A stretch of 57,574 bases of DNA, the filler included, from Sphacelaria rigidula (taxonomy: Eukaryota): NCBI GenBank assembly GCA_964200075.2. It is 5 parts of 5 records of this genome, joined end to end, with 100 filler letters (N's around TTAATTAATTAA, not from the genome) between each part and the next. Parts side by side here need not be neighbours in the genome. Positions count along the whole stretch, not along the records: positions 23,074 to 34,508 come from CAXNAA020004927.1; positions 34,609 to 46,042 come from CAXNAA020004928.1; 3 more parts are not named here. One strand, written 5' to 3'. The notes beneath the pieces are model-generated. The model worked only from the letters and a program-made list of their open reading frames with translations. It was not told where the DNA came from and made no database searches. Below are positions 25,075 to 35,450 of the stretch, one piece after another. Within the stretch, counting starts at the first letter, position 1, and each line of letters starts with the position of its first letter. The position numbers and the translations under genes are program-made.

Positions 25075-27314
25075 CTGAGTTTTTTTTGTTTTGTTCATTC
25101 AACGGTAGCAGCAGCAGCAGTAGCAAAACAAAATTGCACGCGCGTCGGTTTCAAGTATTTTTCATGCCAGTGAGGGAAAATAAAGAAAACAGTCAACATA
25201 TACTCGTACAGCGGTGGGTGTTCGACATACTTCTAAATTAAATAGGCGAGACGTCTTTCAGGACGATGAACCGGCAGACTGGGGCGCCTCCATCTCTGTA
25301 AGCGATGGGGGAGTTGGCTGGGCGCGGGAGGGGGGCGGGGGGCGGGAGGCGATTTCCAGCGAATGCTGTGCCACCAGATACTGAAGAGTGACTTTGCACC
25401 TACATTTAAGCATACATATCGCTGGAAATCAACATCGACTCCACAACGATTTCCCTCAACGACCAAATGTCAACATTGGGGGCCTTGGTGCCTTCGTTCG
25501 ACGTCACGGACACTCCCTTTGTTAGAGCCATGAAATGTCTGCACACAACAGAATACGGTGTACAGCATATTTCTGTGCTTTGCTTGTGTTAACTTTTATC
25601 ATCATCATTTTTCTTTTGTTACGACTTAGTCTGCTACGTCGTTCTGTTCGACTTTTTCTTTTTTCTTCTGTTTCTTCTTTTTCCCAGAGCGTGTTTTCAA
25701 TTTTGTTTTTCTTGGGTATGTCGATCATGAGACCACGGGCGGACCCCTGGGGGGTCAGTTAAAGTGCGACAATCAATCCATCAAAAATCAAGCATACAAT
25801 CCCCGGCTGTTTCGGGCACGACAACTCACCAACTTCTTCCCCAGCCAGGAGTGACATTTATGGGGGGTGATGTACGACGTACCCCGATACAGTTTTGCAG
25901 GTACTGGAACGGTGCCAAAACGACTGAACGCTCATGGTACGGGGGGTATTGCTAAGGGGGTGATATGCTATACACGGGTGTTGATTGATTGATTAATTTC
26001 GCACATCAACTCAACCCCGGGGGATTTAACCGTGGTAGACATTTCCAGGGTCTTAACACGACGGAAATGTTCGCTTAAGGGAGCTGAAGCAAGGGGGGGA
26101 AAACAATAAATAAAATATACTGTTTGGTATTCCCACTATTCGAGACCAAAAAAAAAAGCGCGACCCTGGCCTTTTCGTTTTACGTCGAACATTTGAGGAC
26201 CCGAAATAATCGTGGAAGTACGTATTGATCATTTCAAGGTCATCCCTGAAGCAGTTCTCTGTCTATGTGTCTGTCCATCCCTCCCTATCTCTGCTTCTGT
26301 CTCTGTCTCTGTCTCTTGTCACTGCATGTCTGTCTGTCTGTCTGTCGCTCTAGACTTGGGTCCATTTGGCTGAATTACCGATAAAAAGCGCCCCTTGGTT
26401 TGAAAAAAAGTTCAAATATGACTTGAAATACCATCAGTTTGCGCCTCTCCTCAACATTTCGGGTCCACACTCTCAAACCCCGCGCGAAATATCCAGGATG
26501 TGAAGCTTTCTGAGTGCGTGTAAATCCCAGATTTTGTCTTCGGGCGAAAAAAATGCCCAACATTTGTTTTGGCCGTCATTTTCCGACAGCCACGAGTTGG
26601 GCGCCCGAAACAGGTACCGTTGTTCTTGCCTTGATGTCAACTAGACAGCCACCATTCTTTGGTACATTCGAGTGAGAATTCGGGCATCTTGTTATTTGTA
26701 CCACACCTAGGACATTTCATCATTGTCAAAAAGGACACTGCGTACGGTACGGAACCTCTTGTCTACTGATGCATATACGTATGTATTTGCTATAAGAGAC
26801 TCGATAGCCGATCCTACACGCAGTACACTGACAGCGTGATCTTTTGTCCAGAATGTGATTTGTACCAAACCGCCACCAACGTGGGCCGCCACCAGGTGGT
26901 ATTTTGCGTCCAGAAATGGTTCGAAGTGATGAAAGTGCTTGGATGGCCGATCAGAGCGTACGGCGCACTCCAGGATAGCAAAAATGTTGGAGGACCCTTC
27001 TTTTGTTGTGTTACTTTTGCTGATGTTCGTCCTACTTGCGCTGGAAACTTTTTCTGTCCCGCAAGCAGTGAGACCAGCCTGTAGAACATCGTGAACTGAA
27101 ACGAGAAGAAAAGAAAGCAAAAAAGGAGAGGAAAGGAAAGGAAAGGAAAGGAGCAAACAAGAAAAACGCCGACATGATAAGATGTATTATTATCGACCCT
27201 GTTTTTCGGAGATCTCTGAACTTTTGATTTTTCGGGACTGGCGAGGTACCTCATGGCTCTCCATGCATGCGAGCGCCAGGGCGTACACATAGGGCAGCTT
27301 TCCACAAGTCAGAC

Positions 27315-28990
27315 AGATGAGCTCCCTGTAACTCGAGCTAGCTCTTTTGTAGCATAACTCCCCAGTGAGCTATGAGAGCTACATGAGCTACGCGTATTTT
27401 CCCTGGGTGAGCAATAAGAGCAACATGAGCTACGCATGTTTTCCGTGGGTGAGCTACCAACCCACAGCTCATCAGCTCATATTCACCCTGAGTGAGTTAT
27501 GAGAGCTACATGAGCTACATATCTTTGCTCTGCGTGAGCTACCAACCCGCAGCTCATTAGCCAACATACTCCCTGGGTGAGCTCAGAGAGCTGGATGAGC
27601 TACGCATGTTTGCCCTAGGTGAGCTACCAACCCGTAGCTCGTCAGCTCATATTCGCCCTGGGTGAGCTAGGCTGCGTGAGCTATGCATGTTCGTACTGGA
27701 TGAGCTATGAAAGCTAGGTGAGCTATGCATAATTGCCCTGGGTGAGCTACCGGACGCAGCTCATCCGCGCAATTTTGCTCTGGTTGAGCTAAAGAACTAC
27801 GGGGGCTACGCCAATTTTGGAGTTGTTTCTGTTCAGATACTTAAGCACGTTGAAACTTGAAAACGGTTACATGTGTACACACCTGTGTTCCGCTTTGTGC
27901 GGCGATGAATTTACTTCATGTGAACATCAACATGACCTCATCAGAAGCAATCCGCACCGTAGCCACTACTCCCATACACAACCTTACTAACACACAACCC
28001 GCTCTGCATGGCAACCGCCGGGGGCAGCAGCTCTAGCGGCGCTTCAGTCGGAAAAGATGCCGTGGATCGCTAGGGTAGGCGATCTATTGAATCGGCATCA
28101 TTCACACCCGCAAAATAATATGAACTATGCTGATGTAACAGATCGCCCACCCTCGAGGTCTAACGGTTAACCCTTTGACGACGAGCACAGGTCATCTGTT
28201 GAATCGGCTTCAATTTCCCTTGAAAAAAATGAATGACTAGATGGACTCGTACCCTCGCGGCCAAGGGGTCAAAATAAGTCAATTGGTCGACTATTATTGA
28301 TCTTTTTTTGAACCATTCAACCAGGCGAACGAGAATTTGTGTTTACTTCTTCTCTTTCCACCGCGAGGAGCGAGGTAGAACATCAAAACCTAATGATATG
28401 TTACACCATCCGTTCCAACAATAATTTGGCATCATGAGCGACGCCAGGTTTGCCAGCGGCGAGCTAGGCACATGACGTGAGCGAGCTTCGAGTATGTGTT
28501 CCTGGGGTGAGCTACCGGGCGTAGTTCATCCGCTCATGATTTCCCCGGGTGAGCTATAAGAGCTGTGTGAGCTACACATGTTTGTCTCGAGTGAGCTACC
28601 GATTGTAGCTCATCCGTATGTTTCCGTTGGGTGTGCTACAAAAGCTGCGTGGACTACACACGTTTTTCCTGGGTGAGCCACAAGAGCTAGGCGAGGTACG
28701 TATGTTTGCCTTGGGTGAGCTACCAGCCCGTAGCTGATCCGCGCATGTTTGCCCTGGGTGAGTTACCAACCCGCAGCTCATCAGCTCATATTTGCCCTGG
28801 ATGAGCTATGAGAGCTACATGGGCTACGCACGTTTGTCCTGGGTGAGCTACCAACCCGTAGCTCATTAGCCCACATTCTCCCTGGGTGGGCTATGAGAGC
28901 TGCATGAGCTACGCATGTTTGTCCTGGGCGAGCTACCAACCCGTAGCTCATCAGCGCACGTTCATCTTGGGTGAGCTATCGGACGTAGTT
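27315..28990. repeat. Palindrome-rich GAGCTA/TAGCTC minisatellite in two blocks (27315-27810 and 28480-28990), inside the 5.8-kb RCC1 intron
   Basis: Recurring GGGTGAGCTACCAACCCGTAGCTCATCAGCTCATAT and GAGCTATGAGAGCTACATGAGCTACGCATGTTTG units, with a composite period of about 80 bp. Confidence 0.85.
28171..28268. mobile_element. piggyBac-like MITE (~98 bp), with a related copy immediately upstream (~28070-28166)
   Basis: TTAA|CCCTTTGACGACGAG ... CTCGCGGCCAAGGGG|TCAA. Confidence 0.65.
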
Positions 28991-30869
28991 CGTACGTACA
29001 TGTTTGACTACAAGCGAGCTAGCACATGTGCTGTTCGACGTGTGCTTCGGACTTCTCCACAGTGAAGCTTCGGAGAAAATGCTAAGCCGCTTCGTTTTCG
29101 GACAAGTCTGAACGCAAGGGTCTGAAAAGTCCGCCAAATTCCGAGATCTTCGAAAAAAAATACCGTCGATAATAATTGGCCTAATACTTGTATACACCGT
29201 ATGTATTCTTCGGTATTCGACCAATCCTGGGATCCGGTGCCCAGAGGGTGGATGTTGATACAGCATGCATCCCAGGATATACTTTGACAGGTCGGTCGAC
29301 ACCCACGCACTTGGAGCGGATGAAAAAAAACGGGGCACTTGACTTGCCGTTTCTTATTGTACTGTACTATGTATTGCTTCATTATAGTCTGCTGCACGAG
29401 TCTTCTTTTCAAGTCTCGGAATAACCGTAATGTAATGAAGTTCAGCTTGATCGTGGTACCCACGTGCGCGTATGGAATGTCGTGTGCCGTGGACGTGAAC
29501 ATCTACACAGTCATATTGTGAAAATGATACATGATATCTACAGCAAGTGTGATGTTGCTCAATAGACATGCTCGTAAAGAGAAGGGGCGGACGGGAAGTA
29601 CACCACTACACCGAAAGGTATACAGCACAGCGCAGCTCAACAGTACACAGTACATACTACTACGGTGCTTCACAGTTTTTACACCGTGTCGTGTGCAATA
29701 GGAGAGTACAGCTCCGGCCATTTCAAGGGAGGGCAACGCGAATAGGTGTGAAGTGGCACTTCATCATCATGGTCCCCAGTCTGAGACTCGCGTGCGACCA
29801 AGTGACGTGAAACGACTGCATTCGCTCGAAACCAGACATCATAAAACTGTCCCGTGCTGCGACCATGTTGGCGCACTTGTCAGACGGCCGCTGCACTTTC
29901 CAAATGGCCATGATAAAAACACCAGAACGGTGGGTTGCTGGTTGTACGCTATCCCTTATTTGTTGATGATTGAAAGCTCAACATTCAGCAACAGTTTCTG
30001 CAACAGTGCGAACTGTTAATGTTACGAGGTACGTGGGTCGCCGCCATTACACAGACACACAAAACCAAAACGCCTCCCCGTCCGACATCCAGAAAAAAGC
30101 AAGGCGGGTAAAAATGAACAAGGGAATGGGGAAACACGGAAATCCGAGGTGTGTAGGGTGTGAAGCGTTCCATCAGGAAAGTGTGGCGTTGGCAGACTTC
30201 AAAACGCCGCCGCAGGTGCCGATTTTGACGAAAACGCGTTCTGCGTACGCGGGGGGCCGTTGGGGCTATCATCCCCGCTAAAGATCCGAATATCGGTGTT
30301 TACACTCAAATCAAGTAATAAAATTCCGGGAAGGTTCTACTTGACCAAGTGGTGAACACTACCGGAGGAGGATCCGAAACACTTATACCAGTGTTCCGGA
30401 GTTACGCGCAGAGAGACTAAAACTATGGACACGATAACAGCAGCTCTTCACACTCACTCGTTTCCTTCCGGGGCGCGTCGCGTATCCCCGCACCACAAAC
30501 AGTAGAGAACCATAATAATAATGCCGGTAGCAAGCTGCACGAATAATGCCCAGCACAACGGCCACGGTAAAAAACGGTAAAATGAATACCGTGCATCCAA
30601 GGGAGGAACAGCCGGGGAACAGCGCTCAGCACTCCACACTTCAATCCCGTCAAATCGGGCCAAGAGTCAAATCATATCCATTGTTTGACGACACAAAAAT
30701 TAGCACAAAAATCAGCGAAGGTTGTGGAGATATGGTACATTAGGGTTACCCGTACTTCGCCAAGGCACATAATACTATTCGGTGACCGTCTTAGACTACT
30801 TTAACTTAATCAGAATAGGGATAACCCGAGCATTATAGTTATGAACATGGTAGGTTACTAGAATCACAC

Positions 30870-31031
30870 CTTACAAGGCGAGTCTTCGCCGGGTCTTGAT
30901 GCTTCGCCGTTCCCGAGCTGGCCTTCTTTCCCCCTACCGAAGGAGTAGACGTCTCCCCACTGGGTGACCACTAGGCTATGGTGCTCTCCGCATGCCACGC
31001 CCACAATGACACTATCACACTCCACACGGGT
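30870..31031 (-). CDS. RCC1-repeat protein, exon
   Basis: GAAACAG|ACC...AAG|GTGTGA, 162 nt. TRVECDSVIVGVACGEHHSLVVTQWGDVYSFGRGKEGQLGNGEASRPGEDSPCK contains the canonical VACGxxHSL, VYSFG and GQLG motifs. Confidence 0.9.
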
Positions 31032-31652
31032 CTGTTTCACATGACAACGGCAATCGGTGTTGATGACCAATCTTGAGGGCAGTCGGGGAGAGGTCGCATC
31101 AGCGAAGTACAGTCTGTAGTCAGGAGTCCGTCCCGTGTTTGAGATATGAAGTATCGAAGTTTGAAGTTCAAACTCCGTGCACAGTACAGTACAGTAAAGT
31201 ACAGTACAGTACTCACTGCCTGTTGTTCGTGTTCTCGATAACTGCGGAGAGAGCTAGTGAGAACCAGGGAAGATGTATCTTCGTATGCACTGTATCCGGA
31301 AGATGACATGGGAGAGAAGAGGGAAGTCTCGGTTGAAAGGTTGGGGGATGAATGAGGAGATCCATCTCTTGTTGAGGCTGTCTCGAACTGACCATGATAT
31401 TACCTGTGCTGACTGCATGAGGGCAAAAATAGTTGAGCGACACATGTATGAACGAGTCATTCCGCTCAATTTCCCGGCGACTGAAGAAAAACTGAAGAAA
31501 ACCTCCGCTCTACAGGAGCAGTAGAACGGAGACGAGATATCATTAGACCACTTTCGCAGTGGTACGAAGTGATGCAGTGATGCTATCAAATAAGTACGTA
31601 CACTTGCCCACTTTGCATTTTGATGGATCGATCTACGTTGTGCGTAGCTCAC

Positions 31653-31791
31653 CGGTTTTTGGCCTTGACCTGCTTTCGCGAATCCTGGAGCTCTGGCCTC
31701 TGCCCCTGTTGCCTTGTCTCGATGAAGTTGAAGCTCGTCCCGTTTCAGGCCAAGCTGGTTCGTCGCATAGTGGAGTGGTTCGGGGCGCTTG
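31653..31791 (-). CDS. RCC1-repeat protein, probable exon 3
   Basis: Open frame KRPEPLHYATNQLGLKRDELQLHRDKATGAEARAPGFAKAGQGQKP ends at the strong donor CCG|GTGAGC in phase 0, giving P-TRV into the next exon. The acceptor is uncertain. Confidence 0.5.
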
Positions 31792-31892
31792 CTTAGAGGG
31801 TGGGTGTCACGTAAGATCAGTCAGTCAATGAGTGTAGGGGAGGGGGAAAATGTGTGTCTTGCGTTCTACTAGGCAGCGTGCGATTGAGGAAC

Positions 31893-31917
31893 CTGTCCCT
31901 TCCAACTTGGATGCCGC
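31893..31917 (-). CDS. RCC1-repeat protein, possible 25-nt micro-exon 2
   Basis: GGCAG|GC GGC ATC CAA GTT GGA AGG GAC AG|GTTCCT bridges phase 1 to phase 2, giving GQVGGIQVGRDSKRPEPL. The donor is weak. Confidence 0.3.
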
Positions 31918-32037
31918 CTGCCATGGTACGGTGCAGGTTCTACTAGTGTCGTCCGGATCGTAGCGATCAAACAGCGTTGTACACAGACAGATGGTAAAAC
32001 ACAACAGATAGCACAACAGTGCAGTGGCACCGCTCAC

Positions 32038-32080
32038 CGACCTGGCCGTGAGTATTTTTGCCCCACACGTACAGACTCAT
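32038..32080 (-). CDS. RCC1-repeat protein, first coding exon
   Basis: ACCATG context. MSLYVWGKNTHGQV fits the RCC1 pattern LYxWGxNxxGQ. Donor G|GTGAGC. Confidence 0.8.
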
Positions 32081-32208
32081 GGTGAAAATCAAGCCCGAGC
32101 GCCTGAAGACTCCTGCCGTACGGTAAGTCTTCTCTGCTATGAATGTTGCAGGTACGCACGGCTCAAGGGTATTCCGAGGCAAGACCGGTCCTCGGAAACT
32201 CGTGGCGT

Positions 32209-32209
<1 letters not shown>

Positions 32210-32241
<32 letters not shown>

Positions 32242-32242
32242 T

Positions 32243-32271
<29 letters not shown>
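32210..32271. repeat. Poly-C tract (poly-G on the RCC1 coding strand), ~130 nt upstream of the ATG
   Basis: About 60 C with two T interruptions. Confidence 0.9.
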
Positions 32272-32274
<3 letters not shown>

Positions 32275-33117
32275 CAATTGTGCATACCCTTATCCGCCAC
32301 CCTCTTGAAATCTTCGGAGATGTGTGTATTTCCTCCGCGATAAGAGCACTCCAAACCCTGTCCGGGATCACACGAAGCGAGGTATCATTTTTGTCTGGAG
32401 ACACTGCGGGGATCACGGCCTGTACTGTATGGGCGTAACTATTTCCTATTTATCGAACACCATTCTGTTGACCAGGTTTCCGAGGCGAGCTGTGAAGAAC
32501 TGCGTCTCTTATTCGGAGCGTAGATACAACAGTAGATACTGTACTGTACTACTGTAACTGTTGTGGTGTTGTTCGTAGTCGTGGGCGCAACGTAGAGGAG
32601 GCCAGATGCTGGTACCCAAGGTCAGCGTTGTGCTTTCCGATGGATGCAGCGTGGGCGCAGCTCTCGCGCACAGGCTGGGTACCGATGGAATTGCTTCGCA
32701 GGTCCGATTATCGCCAGTGTTGGACAGCTGGGATGGGCTATCTGATGTAAGTGGGCAAGGATCATGTTCCGGCTTGCCGTTGCATGCGCCTTGTGTGGCA
32801 GCAGCTGTCTCCGCCTGATTTAGTGTCCCATTTTTCAACACCCCCTATAATCAAAACAACGTGGAATCAGCAGACTTAATGAAGCGTGTAATGAAACGCA
32901 TGTTTCCATAAAACTGGTGACCACCTCCATATTGACCTCCTCCAAGAGCTCTAGCCCAATTTTATCCATGACAGCGCACAAACTGACGACGAATGCTTCG
33001 CAAAAGGCAAAAACTAACAGCATGTGGTTTTTACGCGAAGAGCAATGGTCATGTTCCACTGTGATCTCCGAAACGCCACTCACGAGTTTTGCGCCCACGG
33101 TAAGGTCAACCGGTTAA

Positions 33118-33215
33118 CCCTTGGACCGCGAGGTTAGTCTTCTGTTGAGTCGACATCAATTTCAAGTGAAAAGAAGTATGCATGATCCAGAAAAACTAAT
33201 CTCGCCGTCTAAGGG
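33118..33215. mobile_element. piggyBac-like MITE (~98 bp)
   Basis: TTAA|CCCTTGGACCGCGAG ... CTCGCCGTCTAAGGG|TCAA. Confidence 0.7.
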
Positions 33216-33982
33216 TCAAGACCCCCAAAGTATAGGAGACGGTGGAGTCAACGAAGTCAATCAAGCATGTAATCATTAATATGCGGGTGACTATTTCACT
33301 TGCAAGATGCCTCTACACATGAAAATACTACTGGCTGAGAGCCGTCATTTGAGCCAAATTTGTGCTCATAACCTCGGTGAATTGTGCGACATCTGCTGGC
33401 CATGCTTTCGACTTTGCCTCTGATTATTACGTCACGGCAAGGCTATATCACAACGGAACTCAATGGCATTGGTAGCCATGTTTCTTAGCTACGCGGCGCA
33501 AATTGAACTATCTCAGGTGGCAGCGTGTGGTACATGCATCGTGAACTATGTACACGGTGTTCTGAGCGTAGGAGATGCGGTCGAAACTATCACTATTACA
33601 AAACAAGCATAATAAGTGCGGCGGTTTCGCCGCACATGGCTCTTGCCAACGAACTCTCTGATCCTCGTACTGATGCACCTTTGGTTTATAGTTTAGCTGC
33701 ATGATGCACTCAGAGTAAGCATCACCTGATTCATATGCTTGTTTGGACTTGAGATTCTGTCGGCCAGCCTTCTCCTCGGGTTTGAAAGCCAGCACAACAC
33801 ACTGCAATGTACATTCAGTGTTGGATATGGGCTGCGCACTCAAGCCGAGTCAACCTTTCACGTCTCGGTATTCGTACGGTTGCCCAAACTTATGCCGCAC
33901 TGGTGTGTTCACAGCATGGATAGAATCGGTACGGTTCCCTGCACTGCAGTCATATTCCAATGCAATATAATGCAAGGGTAGG

Positions 33983-34415
33983 TCGAGTAGAGTATACTCA
34001 TTACTCAGTATTTTTGAAGAGTCATACTTTTAGTACTCGAAGTTTGAGTAGAGTATTGAGGTCATACTCAAGCGATACTCTATACTCAAGTATTACTGAG
34101 AGTGCTCATTCAGTATTTGACTAGAGTAATTGAGGTCGTACTCGACGTACTCAAAATTCGAGTAGAGTATTGCAGGCCGTACTCAACGTACTCAAAATTT
34201 GAGTACATTATTTGAGACCACACTCGACCTACTCAAACGTCGAGTAGAGTATTTGAGGTCGTACTCGATCTACTCAAAAATTGAGTAGAGTATTTGAGGT
34301 CGTACTCAATCTACTAAAAAATTAAGTAGAATATTTGAGGCCGTACTCTTCGTACTCAAAATTTGAGTAGGGTATCTTAGGCCGAACTCGATCTACTCAA
34401 AACTTGAGTAGAGTG
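33983..34415. repeat. ~40-bp palindromic minisatellite
   Basis: About ten degenerate units of GAGTAGAGTATTTGAGGTCGTACTCGATCTACTCAAAAATT. TACTCAAAATTTGAGTA-type hairpins span the unit junctions. Confidence 0.85.
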
Positions 34416-34508
34416 TCGGAGGCCGGGTCCTATGTACCGAAACCTATAACTTCAACGTCTTTCTTCCTCTGGTGACTGTTGCGATGTTTTCCCGTCTTGC
34501 ACTGTTTC

Positions 34509-34608
34509 NNNNNNNNNNNNNNNNNNNNNNNNNNNNNNNNNNNNNNNNNNNNTTAATTAATTAANNNNNNNNNNNNNNNNNNNNNNNNNNNNNNNNNNNN
34601 NNNNNNNN
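34509..34608. other. Artificial scaffold spacer N44-TTAATTAATTAA-N44
   Basis: Identical 100-nt linker. Confidence 0.98.
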
Positions 34609-34650
<42 letters not shown>

Positions 34651-34651
34651 T
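34609..34651. repeat. (AAT)n microsatellite at scaffold end
   Basis: Read directly from the sequence. Confidence 0.95.
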
Positions 34652-35294
34652 ATCTCAGCTTCCCAGTCCAAAATGCCTCCGAACGCTCTCATTAGTGAAT
34701 GATTAATCCGCCTGTGGTCGAGGCCTAGATCTCGAAAACCAATTCTTCAACGGGTAGGGCTCTCTCCCTGACGTGAGGCCGAAAAGAATGGAAACCACTA
34801 CTTTGATGGGTGAGTTTTCCGCGCTACTGAGATCCAAATATCTGCTTGGGACTAGTTTGATGTCCGCGGTGCTCAGAGTACGGTGCGAACAGATGAACTT
34901 TAGGCTGGTTGATAGGCAGGTCGGAGGTGGATTTTTCGTCAGGACCTGCTCAGCACTATTGTTTAGTCTAGCTGGTACCTGGACTCTTACCGAAGCCGAA
35001 TGTATCGTTATAGGTTCCTTCGGGTACTGCGCTAACGATGACATGTGGGAAAGTGGACTGCTGCGAAGTATTGACAGTTTTGGAGTCCGATATTTTGATC
35101 GGTGGTTTGCATTGATTATACATGACGCTCAAGCTATGCAAGCTACTTGCGAAACACTCTTCGAGTACGAAGGCTGGATACTCTGCACCGTTTTTCGACT
35201 TGTGTTGCTCACTCTGAGCATCTGCTTGATTGTGTCATGTACTTTCTCCATCTTTTTGTGAGACTTCGCACACGATCCCACTGAAAAGACTATG

Positions 35295-35450
35295 GTATGA
35301 CAAGCAAATCACCTTCTCGGTGTTAACGGTAACTGTTCTAGTTGTTGTATGACAAGCAAATCACCTTATGGGTGTTGAACGGTAACTGTTCTAGTTGTTG
35401 TATGACAAGCAAATCACGTTATCGGTGTTGAACGGTAACTGTTCTAGTTG
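35295..35450. repeat. 52-53 bp tandem repeat x3
   Basis: GTATGACAAGCAAATCACCTT.T.GGTGTT(G)AACGGTAACTGTTCTAGTTGTT starting at 35295, 35347 and 35400. Confidence 0.92.

Noticed and set aside
26707-27156. ORFs inside the RCC1 intron, including QYTDSVIF resembling PolB motif C
   Set aside because: The catalytic DTDS is missing, and the flanking RCC1 exons join into a complete blade without this segment.
31967-32438. Poly-Gly and poly-Pro ORFs
   Set aside because: These are translations of the poly-C tract. Only the MSLYVWGKNTHGQV part is a credible exon.
32580-33843. Possible exons of an upstream minus-strand gene
   Set aside because: Some acceptor- and donor-like sites exist, but I found no recognisable domain or consistent phase chain.
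34703-35261. Overlapping 113-aa (-) and 162-aa (+) ORFs
   Set aside because: No recognisable family and no convincing splice signals.
27315-35450. CRISPR-like appearance of the palindromic arrays (27315-28990, 33983-34415, 35295-35450)
   Set aside because: No unique spacers between constant repeats, no cas genes, and a eukaryotic context.
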